A stretch of DNA of 64,000 nucleotides from Eledone cirrhosa (taxonomy: Eukaryota): contig OZ024743.1 of the NCBI GenBank assembly GCA_964016885.1, forward strand, positions 214,334,001-214,398,000, in the 5' to 3' direction. Positions 13,931 to 28,393 of the stretch are shown here, in pieces. The translations under genes and the position numbers were made by a program. The notes below the pieces were generated by a model. The model ran no database searches. It was not told where the DNA came from and saw only the letters and a list, made by a program, of their open reading frames with translations. Every line of letters begins with the position of its first letter. Position 1 is the stretch's first letter.

Positions 13931-14811
13931 ATAGTAATGAAAGTCAGATTTTATAGCCTCGATTGTTTGATCATTAAAACATATATATCATGAGGAGTTA
14001 CTCGTATTAAATTATAAATTCTTCCAAATCAAAAACAATGGCAAGCTTAAAAATCTGACCCGAATTTTTTTTTTTTCATGAGTTTGAAAAACTTATAATA
14101 TACTTGGGTTGATTTATGCGACTAAATGACAAATCCATGAATCGTTATAATTCAAAAACGTCAAACATTATCCAACTAACTATTTTCCTATGCATTTAAC
14201 TAAAGCTGTATGCTATGGTAAGATGTCCGTTTGATCCCTATGAGCAGGGAAAAGTTCGTGATATTGAATATTTGAACTAAAAAGTTATTGAAAACAATTT
14301 GTCAAATATTCTTTGAATTTAAAAAAAAAGTCAATTTATAATACTTGTTCTTCACTTGAAAATGTTCCTAGCTTTCTTGTTTCTCAGTGGAAATGTTTAT
14401 GGATTATTGAATAAAATTTACTAAATATATCAATAATAATTTCACCTAATGTAAAATAGTTACGGCTGGGTTGAGCGCATCTAGCAATTATTTTGTAAAA
14501 ATAATTTCTCTTCCTTTTTCCTAGTTATCGTTGATAGTATTTACGATATATATAAACGCTAGCAGAAATATATAGTAGAAGATAAATAATTTAATAATTT
14601 CTTGATTCCAACTTTCTATTTCAAAACATACCCGAATCATCGATTTTCCCTTACCTTCTCCCTCTGGCTCTCACCGTATTTCATTTTACGCTAATTCAAA
14701 TCAATTGTAATACTATTCTCTCACTTTTGCTTTAATCATTTCCAAACATATCCTCTAAGATTTAATGACTTTGTTCCATCTATATATCTATATATCTATC
14801 TAACTACGTAC

Positions 14812-14879
<68 letters not shown>

Positions 14880-14881
14880 TT

Positions 14882-16264
14882 GTGTTTGCACTGACCCAGA
14901 AGTGGGCCAGTTGCAAACTATCCCTGAAAGGTCGGGCGGAGGTGGCGAACACCTACATAGCGTCCGTCATCTACTACCGCCTGACCGTAGTGCCCTGCCC
15001 AAGGGAAACCCTCACCAAGATGGAGCGCGCACTCTTCCAATTCCTTTGGAAGAGGCGGGCTCCTATGGTGAGGAGATCCATCTGCTGTCAACACCCTTCG
15101 AAAGGAGGGATGGGGATGCCGTGGCTAATGATGCGTAAACACGCATTAAGGCTACGGCACCTCTACGTATTCCTCACCGGTCAACCGGTGTGGGCCTCGT
15201 TTGTGAGACGAACCTTTCCCAGACTCGTCTCACTCACCGAGCTGCAATCCTGGGTCAAGCAAAGACCGAGAAAACTGGGCACCTGGCACACTGAGTGTGC
15301 CCAGGCGCTCACCGCCCTCTGGCAGGCGGATTCGGTTATCAGTGGAGACTCCACCGCAACATTCTATAGAGGGCTGGTACGCAGCAGGTGCGACGACGCC
15401 CTCGGAGAAGCCCTAGACATGGAGGAGGACGAACTGGCCAGCCTGTTCGGTAGGACATTCAGCCCGGGACCTATGGACAACTTCCAGAAGTCCCTGGCCT
15501 GGCAATGCTACCGAGGGGCTTTACCCGTTCGAGAAAGGCTCTACAGACACGGGCGCCCGGGTAGGGACCCCGCCAAAAAGATCTGTCCCAGATGCGTGTG
15601 CGACGAGGAAACCGTTGCACACGCATTGGTACACTGCTCGGGCGAGCCGATCTGTGGGGCTATGTCGAACAACTGCTGTCAAGGGTGGGACCGATCCGGT
15701 TGACCACCGAGTCTATTGTAATGATCAAGCCGCCTCCCCCCTTCAAAGATGAAGCAGAGGCGGTGTTTCTGTGCGTAATAGCCATGGCGATAGAGGTTGT
15801 ATGGTGGACGCGTCTGAAAGGACTGAGGTCAGGCACCTTTCTCTCTGGCCAACAACTGGTCCGTTTCTTCCGATATCATTTCGGAAGAAGGATCAGGATG
15901 GAGAGAGAGGTGCTCCACCCCAGTCGTTTTTTTATGAAAGGTGGGTGAAAGTGGCCAGAATGGCCCGTGTGAATGGGCCTTCTCTTTACATAAGCCTGTA
16001 GGTGGAAAAGAGGAAGGAACGAGGGAGCACCCCCTCTCTGTGCTCCTGAGGAAAAGGGTTACACACTTTTTTCGGGGGTGTGTGCGACCCCCAAGGCGCC
16101 TCCTCTCTATTGAGGATTTTGTTATAAATTTTATTTTTTGTTATATTTTATTTTATTTTTATATTTTGTTATTGCCTCCTCCTTATTGGGGACGCCTTTT
16201 TGTGTAAACTCCCCCCTTTGTACTTGTCCCACTTTTGATGCCCTGGTGGCAAATAAAAGAAACA
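14882..16264 (+). mobile_element. 5'-truncated Tx1/L1-clade LINE (ORF2 C-terminus, 3' UTR)
   Basis: LSLKGRAEVAN..IASVIYY, FQFLW, GGMGMP, CPRC..EETVAHALVHC zinc finger, AATAAA; bracketed by (TATC)n. Confidence 0.92.
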
Positions 16265-16314
16265 TATCTATTTATCTATCTATCTATCTATCTATTTTTT
16301 CTTATCTATTTATC

Positions 16315-19300
16315 TGGGATGGACACACGCATGAAACTTGCTGGGTAAGTTCTGCCTAAATATCTATAAAAATTCCTAACTGTTAACCTTCAGTTTTATA
16401 CCAATTTGTAGAGGGAATGCCAGGTCAAATTTTGATCTCGTTAGTCTCTCAAAATATTCTACGCCTTTAGGCGAAATAGTACATAGAAAGTTTTTTTTGG
16501 AAAAGCTAACATTTTAAAGAAATGGCTGAAGCTTCTTCACCAACATTCGAATGGAGGAAAGGGGAAGATATGCTTACAGCCTCCCTCTGCCACTGTCATA
16601 GTAGAAGATGTCAAAGACAAAGGTCAGCCAGAGGAAGGATTTTCTCCACCTGCTGTCCGACAACTTAACGTTGCCATGACAACAAACCAAAACAACACAA
16701 ACAGCAGCACCAGCAACAACAATGACAACAATGCTATGAACGAAAACACAACTTCACAAATGAATTCGGCAACCACAGATCAAGCAATTGAGAACTACAA
16801 AAACGACAACAACAACAACAACGACAGCAACAATGATAACAACAACACCAACAACAGCAACAATAATGACAACAAACACCAACAAGAACCACTCCACAAA
16901 CAAGGAAAAAAGGTTTCGTTTGCACAAACTGTCCAAAAGACAGAACTATATACACAGATTGACATCGCTAATGCCGGAGAATTACTAAGAGATGCCAAGC
17001 AATATATAACTTTTTGGGAGAATGGCACTTTTAGCATCACTTCTCCCCAAGAATTGCGTAGAGACACTGTCCTGAAAACCATATTTTTAGGACAATCTCA
17101 AATACCACCAGAAAACCAACTCAATTAACTCAAAACGAAATTGAGCTGGTTCTAAGAAACTCCATGAAGGACATTACCTTCATACAGAAGGGAAAACTCT
17201 TCGGGAGTTTATCAATAATAATGAAAGACCAATTGACGGCACATAAATATTCTGATTCGCCAATTGTGTCCCCCCCCCTCTACACCCTTTTCCCCACATA
17301 TAAGGGAAAAAGGACGCAAAAAATAAAAGTAACACATATCACACCAAATATAAACATCTGGTGGATATTAGCTGGATTCATCAATTTTGATGAAGATACA
17401 GTAATTTCGGTAGGAAAGTCCTCCAAGGGCATATTCAACGGTACAAGCTTAGAAGTTCTGGTCCAAATGAGACCAGAACGGATAGCTAGAATAACACAAC
17501 GTGTGCATCTTGATGGAAATTCCTACATAAACATTTCTGTTGAAGGTAGGCAGCCTTCATGTTACCACTGTTTAAGCAGTGGTCACCTGAGGGCTTCCTG
17601 TCCTCAATTAACTGCATTAAAAAAGGCACTAATGCCGACACCCAACACGACAACACAACCACCACCACCACCACAACAACAACACACAAAAACAAACCAA
17701 ACTGCAAACACAGTCCCACCCAAACCCTCCCCACCTTAAACAACGCCAGAAACACCCACACACATAACAACTCCACAAAATGTACCCCTCCCCAACAACA
17801 CGGATGAGGCCGCATCATCGTCACCCAGTGACGATGCGGGAGAGCCTTTCCGACCAGTAAAAAGAAAAAAAGGAAAGGCATAACACAAACAAAAATACAA
17901 CAAACACACAAACATCAATACAAGCGACGCAAACAGCACAAGCAAAAACACTCCCTCCTGAAAACAAAACACCTACTACAAAACGTAAACACACACAAGA
18001 ACCACAATAAAAGCAACACAACACAAGAAAAATGTTACACCTACATAAATACTAACAATAAAACTTTAACAGACACCATATATAAAAACCCTTCGGTGGA
18101 GACCGAAGGGAAAACTTTTACACACTCTTCGGAGAATCCTAATCTTAAAATGATTAGGATCTCCCTGGACACTCATAAACAGTTAAAAGAAAAATTTTCG
18201 AACGACGTAGGTAACCCCTGCGTCAAACCCTATAGCCGCATCCTTTTGAAATGTTTCGCACAGTATGGATATAGTAGCCATTTGTGAGTCCAGGATCCAC
18301 AGCGAGCGACAACTGGCCCCATCTTCGACGACTTTGCGTTCTAAGCATCTCTCTGTCAGCCGGGAGGTGGGGTTGGGGATGCCGTTTTGTTGCGGAAACA
18401 CCTGGACCTCGTAACACAGACGGTACATCTGGACGCGGAGGGTCGACTGGTGGTTCTAGACGTTGACGGTAGTAAAAGTGGAGCCTTCAGACTGGTGGCC
18501 GCATATGCCCCATCCGGGACACCGCGGCCAGACATCTTCAAACGTCTAGAGATTTTTCTGGGAACGTCCCGCTCCCTGCTGATAGTGGGGGACTGGAATG
18601 GAATCCTAGACGTATGTTGGGACGATGTGGGAGCATGTCCCGATAGAGGGGGGTGTAACAGCCTCAAACAGTTAATCGGCTGATTTGACCTGGCCGATAG
18701 ATATCGAGTAGATTTTCCGAATGTGCCACTGTGGACGTGGACTAATCGCAGCCGAACATCTAGATCGTATCTAAATAGAGTTCTACTTAGAAAGAAGGAT
18801 AGGGACATGTTAAGCTGTCCACAAATGTTCATGGTTGCCTATTAAGATCACAAATTAGTGACCTGCTTAGTCAAACTTGACAAAACCCATAGACAGGGAC
18901 CCGGCTCCTGGAAGCTGAACTTGTCGTTACCGACATGGAAAGCCTACAGTAGACGGATTAGCACTTTAGTTAAGCAACACTTGACGGGGACCATTCTCAA
19001 CAACAGATTGTGATACTCTCTCAAGAGGGCAGTTAGATTAGACTAGATAGATTTTAGTAAAGAATTAATGTTAGATAGAAATGAGACCGAAAAGGAACTG
19101 GTAGATAAAGTAGAAGAGGAGTGGAAACGTAGCCAGCGTGCTAGCGATGAGAACAGCCTTGGACCAGTTCTTCGACGCAAAGCATGAAGGCTGCGTTGTC
19201 AGAAGCAAAATACGTGCTCTGGGAAACGAGGGAGCCAAAGCTGTTAGCTGGGCCCGAGTGACGATGGCGAAAAGTGGCAACAAGTCCACGATTCGGTCTT

Positions 19301-21718
19301 TGAAGGACCAAGACGGACGCGTGATACGTGAGCCGAAGAAAATGTGCGCGGCTTTTCAGCGGCACTTTGCCCAACTGTTCGGGCAGGGCGGCGCGCCGGG
19401 GGAGGGGGATTATGGATTGCGGTCCATTCCTCGACGGCCTACTGCAACTCTCGGACAGCGAGGCGAAGTTCTGCGAGAGGCCGACTTCGGCCGCTGAGAT
19501 ATTAGGACGCGCTGACCCAATGCGGAAAACGCAAATCTCCAGGTCTCGACGGTCTACCCTACGAATTTTACGTAGCAATGCCGGATTGTTCTCCGGTCTC
19601 CTGGAAGCGGTCTACTGCAACTGGCAGCAGAACGGGAAAATTCCCAGGTCTGTGACCAAGGGCGTAATCACGTTAGTCAGGAAGGACGAGAATAAGAGGG
19701 ATGACATAGGCAACTTCCAGCCCATAACTCTGCTTAAAACAGAGTTACAGATTTTGGCCAAGGTGTTGGCAAAGAAGCTGGCGCTTGTCATTGAAAACCT
19801 GGTTGGAGAAGCGCAGGCATGCGCAATCCAGACCAGGTCCATACACGACAACCTACACCTCATGCGATACATCATAGAGAGGGTAGGGTGTAAACCCGGC
19901 TTCGGTGGGGCCCTGATCAACTTGGATCAGTCTAAGGCTTTCGATAGGGTTGATCATCGTTATCTGGATGCGGTGCTTGAGGCGGCAGGCTTCGGATCCG
20001 TGTTCATGGGCTGGATTGCTGCAATGCACAGCAGCAACATCTCCTCAAGGGTCAAGGTGAACGGCTACTTCTCAGTGCCGTTCCATATCACGCGATCCAT
20101 CCGACAGGGATGCCTTCTCTCCTCCCTTCTGTACGTACTGACTCTCGAGCCACTACTGAGGAAGTTGGAGCTATTGCAGCGCATCACTTTGGAACCCGTA
20201 CTGCGAAAAGCGGCGTCGGCCTACGCCGACGACATGACAGTAATGATGTCGAGCATCTCGTAAATAGGGGAGATCGGCACCTTACTGGAGGAATACGAAA
20301 GGTTCACAAGAGCGAAATTGAAACGGGACAAATCCGTCGGTTTGCAACTCGGATCGTGGAGGGGCAAACGATGCCTTCCGATGGCGTCGTCGGACGATAG
20401 ATGGAAGGACCGGTAAAGCTGCTCGGGGTCTGGTTTGGTCCGGACCTCCAGATGGAGAAGAACTGGAAGGAGGTGACGGCCAAGGTGTTTGCGCTCACCC
20501 AAAAGTGGCCCGAGTGCAAACATTCCTTGAAAGGTCGAGCGGAGTTGACGAACGCTTTTATAGCGTCTGTCATCTACTACCGCTTGACCGTCGTGCGTTG
20601 TCCAGACAAAACGCTCACCAAAATGGAGCGCGCGCCCTTCCAATTCCTTTGGAAGAAACGGGCTCCTTTGGTGAGAAGATCCATCTGCTGCCAACACCCC
20701 TCAAACGGAGGGCTGGGGATGCCATCGCTGATTATGCGCAAACACGCGCTCAGGCTGCGGCACCTCCACGTATTCCTCACCAGACAACCGGTGAGGAATA
20801 TGTGCTCAGGCGCTCACAGTCCTCTGGCAAATGGACCCGGCGATCAGTGGAGAGCCACTTTGACATTCTATAGTGTGTTGGTCCGCAGCAAGTTCGATGA
20901 CACGCTCGGAGAAACTCTAGGTGTAGAGGAAGACGAACTGGCCAGTCTGTTCGGTAAAACCTTCCGCCCGGGACCAATGGACAACTTCCAAAAGTCCCTG
21001 GCCTGGCAGTGCTACCGAGGAGCTTTACCAGTTCGAGACAAGCTCTACAGACAGGGGCGCCCGGGTAGTGACCCTTCGAAAGAGATCTGTTCGAGATGCG
21101 TGCGCGACGAGGAAACCGTCGCGCACGGATTAGTACCCTGCCCGGGCGTTAGCGACCTGTGGGGCTATGTAGAACGACTATTATCGCAGGTGGGACCAAT
21201 CCAGTTGACCACCGAGTCCATTCTCATGATCAAACCGCCAACCTCCTTCAAAAACGATGGAGAGGCGGTTTTCCTATGTGTTATGACTATGGTGAAAGAG
21301 GTTATATGGTGGACGAGGTTAAAAGGGCTGAGGTCAGACATCTTTCTCTCCGGCGAGCAACTGATTCGTGTTTTCAAATATCATTTTGGAAGAAGAATCA
21401 GGATGGAGAGAGAGGTGCTGTACCCCAGCACATTTTATAAAAGTTGGGGGAATGTGTCAAAGATGGCCCAAGTGGTTGGGTCTTTTCTCTATATAAGCCT
21501 GTAGATTGAGGAAAAAGAGGAAGAGAGGGAGGGAGTACTCACTCTTGCTGCTCCTGGAGATGAGGGTTGTACATTTTTCGGGGTGTGTACAACCCCTATT
21601 GGGGATTTCAATTGTTATTTGTTATTTTATTAATAGTTTTATTTTCATATATCTGTATGTAAACTCCCCATTTGTATGTGTCCCCTTCTTTTGTGCCATT
21701 GTGGCTAATAAAGAAATT
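16315..21718 (+). mobile_element. Near full-length, disrupted Tx1/L1-clade LINE
   Basis: 5' UTR begins TGGGATGGACACACGC; ORF1 from ~16522 (poly-Asn, CYHCLSSGHLRASC knuckle); ORF2 APE (AAYAPSG, VGDWNG), RT (LDQSKAFDRVDH, SIRQGC, AYADD) and C-terminal zinc finger; several stops/frameshifts and a deletion across the ORF1/ORF2 junction near 18260. Confidence 0.92.
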
Positions 21719-21782
21719 TATCTATCTATCTATCTATCTTTCTAGCTATCTATCTATATATATATATCTATCTCTATCTATC

Positions 21783-24700
21783 TGGGATGGACACACGCGT
21801 ATAACTTGCTGAGTATGTTCTGTTTAAATTTTTATAGAAATTCTTGTCTGTAAACTTTAATTTTGGTACCATTTTGTAGAGGGACTGCGAGGTCAAACTT
21901 TGATCTGGTCAGTCTCTCAAAATATTCTACGCCTTTAGGCGAAATAGTTAAACAAAAAAATAGTTGTTTTTTTTGTTTTGTTTTTTGTTGAAAAGTTAAC
22001 ATTTTTTTAAATGGCTGAGGCTTCTTCACCAAAATTCGTAGGAGGAAAGGGGAAGATAAGCTTACAGCTTCCCCCTGCCACTGTCACAGTAGCAGAGGTC
22101 AAAAACAAAGGTTAGCCAGAGGAAGGATTTTCTCCACTTGCTGACCGACAACTTGACGTTGCCATGGCAACAAACCAAAGAACCAGAGGCACCAGCAACA
22201 ACAACAATAACAACAATGCTACGGACGAAAACAACACCAATAACAATAACAACAACAACAAGACCAATAACTGTGATAACAACAACACCACCAACTACAA
22301 CAGCAACACAAATAAGGAAAAAGTCTCCTTCGCCCAGACGGCAAGGAAAACCCTCGACTATCTGCCAGTAGATATAACCAAAGCGAAGGAGCTACTGGCA
22401 GATGCCAAAAAATATATAGTGTACGGGGAAAATGGTTCATTCACGACCCCCCCCCCCCGGAACTAAAAAGCCAGAGATTCCTAAACACTGTCATGTTTAG
22501 GACAATCTCAAATAAAAGCAAAAAACCAGCTCAACCATCACAGAGTGAGATAGAGCTTGTTTGAAAAGACGTCATGAAGGACATCACCTTCATTCAGAAG
22601 AATAGACTCTACGGGAGTCTATCCATTCTCATGAAGTACAGGGACACAGCAGTGAAACTGTCCATCAAACCAATCACATCCACCGCATACACCTTCTACC
22701 CTACGTACATGGGTAGAAGAACACAACAAATAAAAATTCACACCATCCTGCCGATTATGGACAGATGGTGGGTTTTGACAGGTTTCCTGAACCTGGATGA
22801 TGACACGCTGGTGTCCATGGGAAAGGCATCGGGTGACGCGTTCAGTGGAACGAGCCTCGAACTTGTAGTTCAAATGAGGCCCGAAAGGATCGCCCAGATA
22901 CCTGAACGCGTCATACTGGATGATCAAACTTTCATCAACATTACCGTTGAGGGTAGGCGGCCCTCGTGTTACCTCTGCGGAACCAGAAGTCACCTGAGGG
23001 CTGTCTGTCCCTAACTTAATAAGAAAACCCCAATCCTGCCTACACCACCAACAACTGCATAACCAACACAATCACCACAACTACCACTACAAAAACAACA
23101 ACCACAGCTCAAACCAAAACAAAACAATGTCCAACCCATCCCCTCCACTAAAAAAAAAACAATTTCCAAAACACCCGCACCGCAAACACAACCCGAAAAT
23201 ATACCCCTCCCCTCCAACGCGCAATATGACCCTAGTTCGTCGTCAGACGATCAAAAGAAAAAAACGAAATCACACCTCAGACACATAACACAGACCTCCC
23301 CAAAACATAACACTGACACCAACTCAAAAGAGCTCACAACAACAGCAAACAAAAAACACCACACAAAAACAAAAACATACATACACATACATAAACACAA
23401 GAAACAAAAAACTCTGAAACATTGTGTACAACAACAATATAATAAAAACCCAAGGGCCTAACTTCACCCAGGCAGGGGATTTCCCCCACCTCAAAATGAT
23501 TGAGGCCCCACAGGACACTTATAAAACTTTAAAAAACAACTTTAAAGAGGACGTGGGTCCCACCTGCGTCGGGCCCATTAACCGCGTCCTCCTAAAAAAC
23601 TACCCGACCCTCTCCACAAACACCCACACAACTCCAAACACCCCAACCACACAACACACTGATGCCCCTACACTTCCACAAACCACCACCCCACACAACA
23701 ACCCATCCCCCACTCTAATGGAAATTGTGCAGCCCGATACCCGGGACGCAGAGAGGTAAGTCTTCACCACCAACATGGCTATGCTAAGAGTAGGCTGTTT
23801 AAATGCGCGTAGCCTGGGCTCAACTTGGAAGCAGGCAATGCTTCTAAATGACGTCAGGCCACAACGTATAGATGTGATTGTTATTTGCGAGACCCGGATC
23901 AGCAACGTGCGACAGATGGCCCCCACCTTTGATGACTTTGAGATGCACGCATCTCTCTGTCAGCCCGGTGCTGGGGGTGGGGTTGTCGTTTTGCTGCAAA
24001 AAACATCTGGATCTCACAACACAGACGGTACATTTGGACCCGGAGGGTCGACTAGTGGTTCTGAACCTTGGCAGTGGTGAAGGCGGAGCGTTTATGTTGG
24101 TAGCCGCCTACGGCCCTTTCGGGTCAATGCGGCCGGATTTCTTCCATCGTCTGGAGACTTTTCTAGGCTCCTTGCTATTAGTGGGGTACTGGAATGGTAT
24201 CCTAGATGCACGCTGGGACTACGTAGGGGCCTGTCCCGATAGAGAGGGGTGTAATAGCCTCAAAGGGTTAATCGGTCGATTTGACATGGCCGACAGATAT
24301 CGACTAGATTTTTCGACTGCGCCAACCTGGATTAGGGAAAATCGCACCGGATCATCTAGGTCGTACCTAGAAAGGTTCTTAGTTAGAAATAAGGATAAGG
24401 ACTTTTTAAGTTGTCCAAAAATAAGCAGTTTGGCTATTCAGACCACAAGTTAGTGAGCTGCATGGTCAACCTAGACAGAACGCATAGACAGGGACCCGGT
24501 TACTGGAAGCTCAACTTGTCCTTACCGGCAAGTAAGGCTTACAGGGACCGGATTAGCAATTTAGTTAAGGAGCGGTTGACGGGCGTCATCGTCAACTGCA
24601 GGTGGTGGGGATCTCTCAAAAGAGATATTAGAGTAGTCTCTATAGAATTCAGTAAGGAGTTAGCCTCAAATAGAAATAGGAAGGAAAGGGAGCTGGTAGA

Positions 24701-27398
24701 TAGTGTAGAAGAGGCAATTAGAAGCGGCGACGTGGCCAGAGTGCTAGCGTCGAGAACGGCCCTGGGCCAGTTCTTCGGCGCGAAACAGGAAGGCTGCATC
24801 GTTCGAAGCAAAATACGTGCTCTGGGAAACGAGGGGACCAAAGCTGTTAGCTGGGCCCGCGTGACAGAAGCCAAAAGAGGGAGCAGATCCACTATCCGGT
24901 CTTTGCGAGACCAGGATAGAGGGTGATCCTTGAACCTAAGCAGATGTGCGAGGCTTTTCAAAAGCACTTTGCCGGATTGTTTGGAAGGGGCGGGGGGCCG
25001 GTTGGGAATGTGGACTTCGGTCCATAACTCGACGACCTGCCGCGTCTCTCGGTCAGGGAGTCGAAGTCCTGCGAGGAGCCGATTTCAGCCGCTGAGATAG
25101 AGGACGTGCTAAGCCAATGCGGCAAACGCTAATCCCCGGGTCTCGATGGTCTTCCATACGAACTGTATCTAGCTATGCCGGACTTGTTCCCCGATCTCCT
25201 CGAGGCGGTCTACTGCAACTGGCAATAAAACGGGAACATTCCCTGTGCTGTGAGCAAGTTGCGTAGTCACGCTAGTGAGGAAGGACGAGAACATGGGGGA
25301 CGATGTAAATAATGTCAAGCCCATAACTCTGCTAAATACAGAGTTACAGATTTTGGCCAAGGTGCTAGCATAGAGGTTGGCGCTTGTTGTGGGCAACCAG
25401 GTGGGAGATGCGCAGACATGTGCTATCCCGTCCAGGTCCATCAACGACAACCTCCACCTCATGCGATACATCATAGAGAGGGTTGGGAGCGAACCCGGCT
25501 TTGGTGGGGCCCTGATCAACTTGGATCAATCTAAGGCGTCCGACAGGGTCGACCATGGTTACCTGGATGTGGTGCTAGCGGCGGCAGGCTTCGGAACCGT
25601 TTTAAGGGGCTGGATCAATGCCATGCACAATATCTGCTCTAGGGTCAAGGTGAACAGCAACCTCTCGGAGTCGTTCGAAATCGCGCGGTCCATCCGACAA
25701 GGGTGCCCTCTCTCCTCCCTTATGTATGTAATGACTCTAGAGCCACTGCTGCGGAAATTGGAGTTATTGCAGGGCATCCCGTTGGAACCGGGATTGCGGA
25801 AAGCGGTATCGGCCTACGCCAACGACGTAACAGTAATGGTGTCGACGGCCTCGGAAATCGGGGCGATCGGCACCTTACTGGAGGAGTACGAAAGGTTTAC
25901 AGGTGCTAAGCTGAACCGGGACAAGTCGATCGGTCTGCAACTCGGCACGTGGAGCGGCAGATCGATGCCCTCTGATGGCGTCGTCGGGCGCTGGACGGAG
26001 GGCCCGGTGAAGTTGCTCGGGGTCTGGTTCGGACCAGACCTCCAGGTGGAGAAGAACTGGGGTGAGGTAACGAACAGGGTGTTTGCACAAACCCAGAAGT
26101 GGGCTGAGTGCAAACTGTTCCTGAAAGGTCGCGCGGAGGTGGCGAACACTTATATAGCGTCCGTTATCTACTACCGCCTGACCGTTGTGCCTTGCCCAAG
26201 GGAAACGCTCGCCAAAATGGAGCGTGCACTCTTCCAATTCCTTTGGAAGAAGCGGGCTCCTATGGTGAGGAGATCCATCTGCTGTCAACACCCTTCGAAA
26301 GGAGGGCTGGGGTTGCCGTGGATAATGATACGTAAACACGCATTAAGGCTACGGCACCACCAGGTATTCCTCACCGGTCAACCGGTGTGGGCCCCGTTTG
26401 TGAGGCGAGCCTTTCCCAGACTCGTCTCACTCACCGAGCTGCAATCCTGGGTCAAGCAATGACCGAGAAAATTGGGCGCCTGGCGGACCCGGCTCTCAGT
26501 GGAGAATCCATCTCGTCATTCTATAGAAGGCTGGTGGTTAGTAGGTGCGACGACGCCCTCGGAGAAGTCCTAGGCATGGAGGAAGACGAACTGGTCAACG
26601 TGTTCGGTAGCACATTCAGCCCGGGATCCATGGATAACTTCCAGAGGTCCCTGGCCTGGCAGTGCTACCGAAGGGCTTTGCCCGTTCGGGAAAGGCTCTA
26701 CAGACACGGGCGCCCGGTTAGGGACCCCTCGAAAAAGATCTGTCCCAGATGCGTGTGCGACGAGGAAACCGTTGCACACGCATTGGTACACTGCTCGGGC
26801 TTTGCCGTACTGTGGTGCTATGTCGAACAACTGCTGTCAAGGGTGGGAGCGATCCGGTTGACCACCGAGTCTATTGTAACGATCAAGCCCCCCCCCTCTC
26901 TTCAAAAACGAAGGAGAGGCGGTGTTTCTGTGCGTAATAGCCATGGCGAAAGAGGTTGTATGGTGGACGCGTCTGAAAGAACTGAGGTCAGACACCTTTC
27001 TCTCTGGCCAACAACTGGTCCGTTTCTTCCGAAATCATTTCGGAAGAAGGATCAGGATTGGAAGGGAGGTGCTGCACCCCAGCCGTTTTTATGAAAAATG
27101 GGTGAAAGTGGCGAGAATGGCCCGTGTGACTATAGGTGAGGAAGAGGAAAGATCAAGGGAGCACCCCCTCTCTCTGCTCCTGAGGAGAGGGGTTGCACAC
27201 TTTTTTTCGGGGGTGTGTGCGACCCCCAAGGCGCCTCCTCCCTATGGAGGATTTTGTTATAAAATTTATTTTGTTCTATTGTATTTTATTTTTATACTTT
27301 GTTATTGCCGCCTCCATATTGAGGACGCCTTGTTATGTAAATTCCCCCATTGTACTTGTCCCACTTTTGATGCCCTGGTGGCAAATAAAAAGAAAGTT
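21783..27398 (+). mobile_element. Full-length, disrupted Tx1/L1-clade LINE
   Basis: Same 5' end; ORF1 ~22011-23759 (CYLCGTRSHLRAVC); ORF2 from 23775 (MAMLRVGCLNARSLG, ICETR, SDHK, RQGCPLS, YAND, zinc finger); AATAAA then TATC/(TC)n. Confidence 0.92.
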
Positions 27399-27399
27399 A

Positions 27400-27493
<94 letters not shown>

Positions 27494-27742
27494 CTATCTT
27501 TCTATCTATCTGTCTATCTATCTATCCACATAACTATCTCTCTGTCTGCCTATCTTACTATATACCGACTTCCATACCAATGTACCTACATTCAGATTGC
27601 TTGCTACATGAAGTATTTAAAATTGTTTTTTCTTGTTCGAAGATATTTACATTGACAAATATTCATAAATTATTAACGATAAGAATCAGATAGATAGAGA
27701 TGTACATATACAGACAGGTAGGTATATAGGTATATATGTGTG

Positions 27743-27820
<78 letters not shown>

Positions 27821-27823
27821 TAC

Positions 27824-27916
<93 letters not shown>

Positions 27917-27956
27917 GGTAATCAATATATAGAATGTGTAGATTTAGACGTAGATT

Positions 27957-27992
<36 letters not shown>

Positions 27993-28029
27993 ATATAAGA
28001 TCAAAAGATGGTTAAAGGAGTTCCAAGTA

Positions 28030-28096
28030 TTTTATTATGCGCATTTCAAAAACAAACATCATCATGGAATAATATTTGTGTTTTCATCAGATAAAA
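28030..28096 (-). ncRNA. Minimal hammerhead ribozyme motif (mirror copy)
   Basis: Reverse complement of 28204-28270. Confidence 0.7.
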
Positions 28097-28203
28097 CAGG
28101 AGAACATGATATGAAAGCTATAGTGCAGTTTTAAATCAACATATGTTGATTTAAAACTGCACTATCCACAAGTGTTTTTTAGCCTTCATATCATGTTCTC
28201 CTG

Positions 28204-28270
28204 TTTTATCTGATGAAAACACAAATATTATTCCATGATGATGTTTGTTTTTGAAATGCGCATAATAAAA
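28204..28270 (+). ncRNA. Minimal type I hammerhead ribozyme motif
   Basis: ttttat-CTGATGA-long imperfect stem II-GAAA-TGCGCA (palindromic)-TA-ataaaa. Confidence 0.75.
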
Positions 28271-28393
28271 TACATGGAATTCCTTTAACCATCTTTTGAT
28301 CTTATATTATGTATACTCCAGTCCTACAAACTGTAGAGTGCTTCTTATCCGATATCTGCATTGCTTTATTGTACTACAATAAAACTCACCTCC

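Noticed and set aside
16440-16490. Hammerhead-like gcc-ttta-ggc-GAAA hairpin in the Tx1 5' UTR (also ~21925)
   Set aside because: Conserved between the copies but lacks the CUGANGA box.
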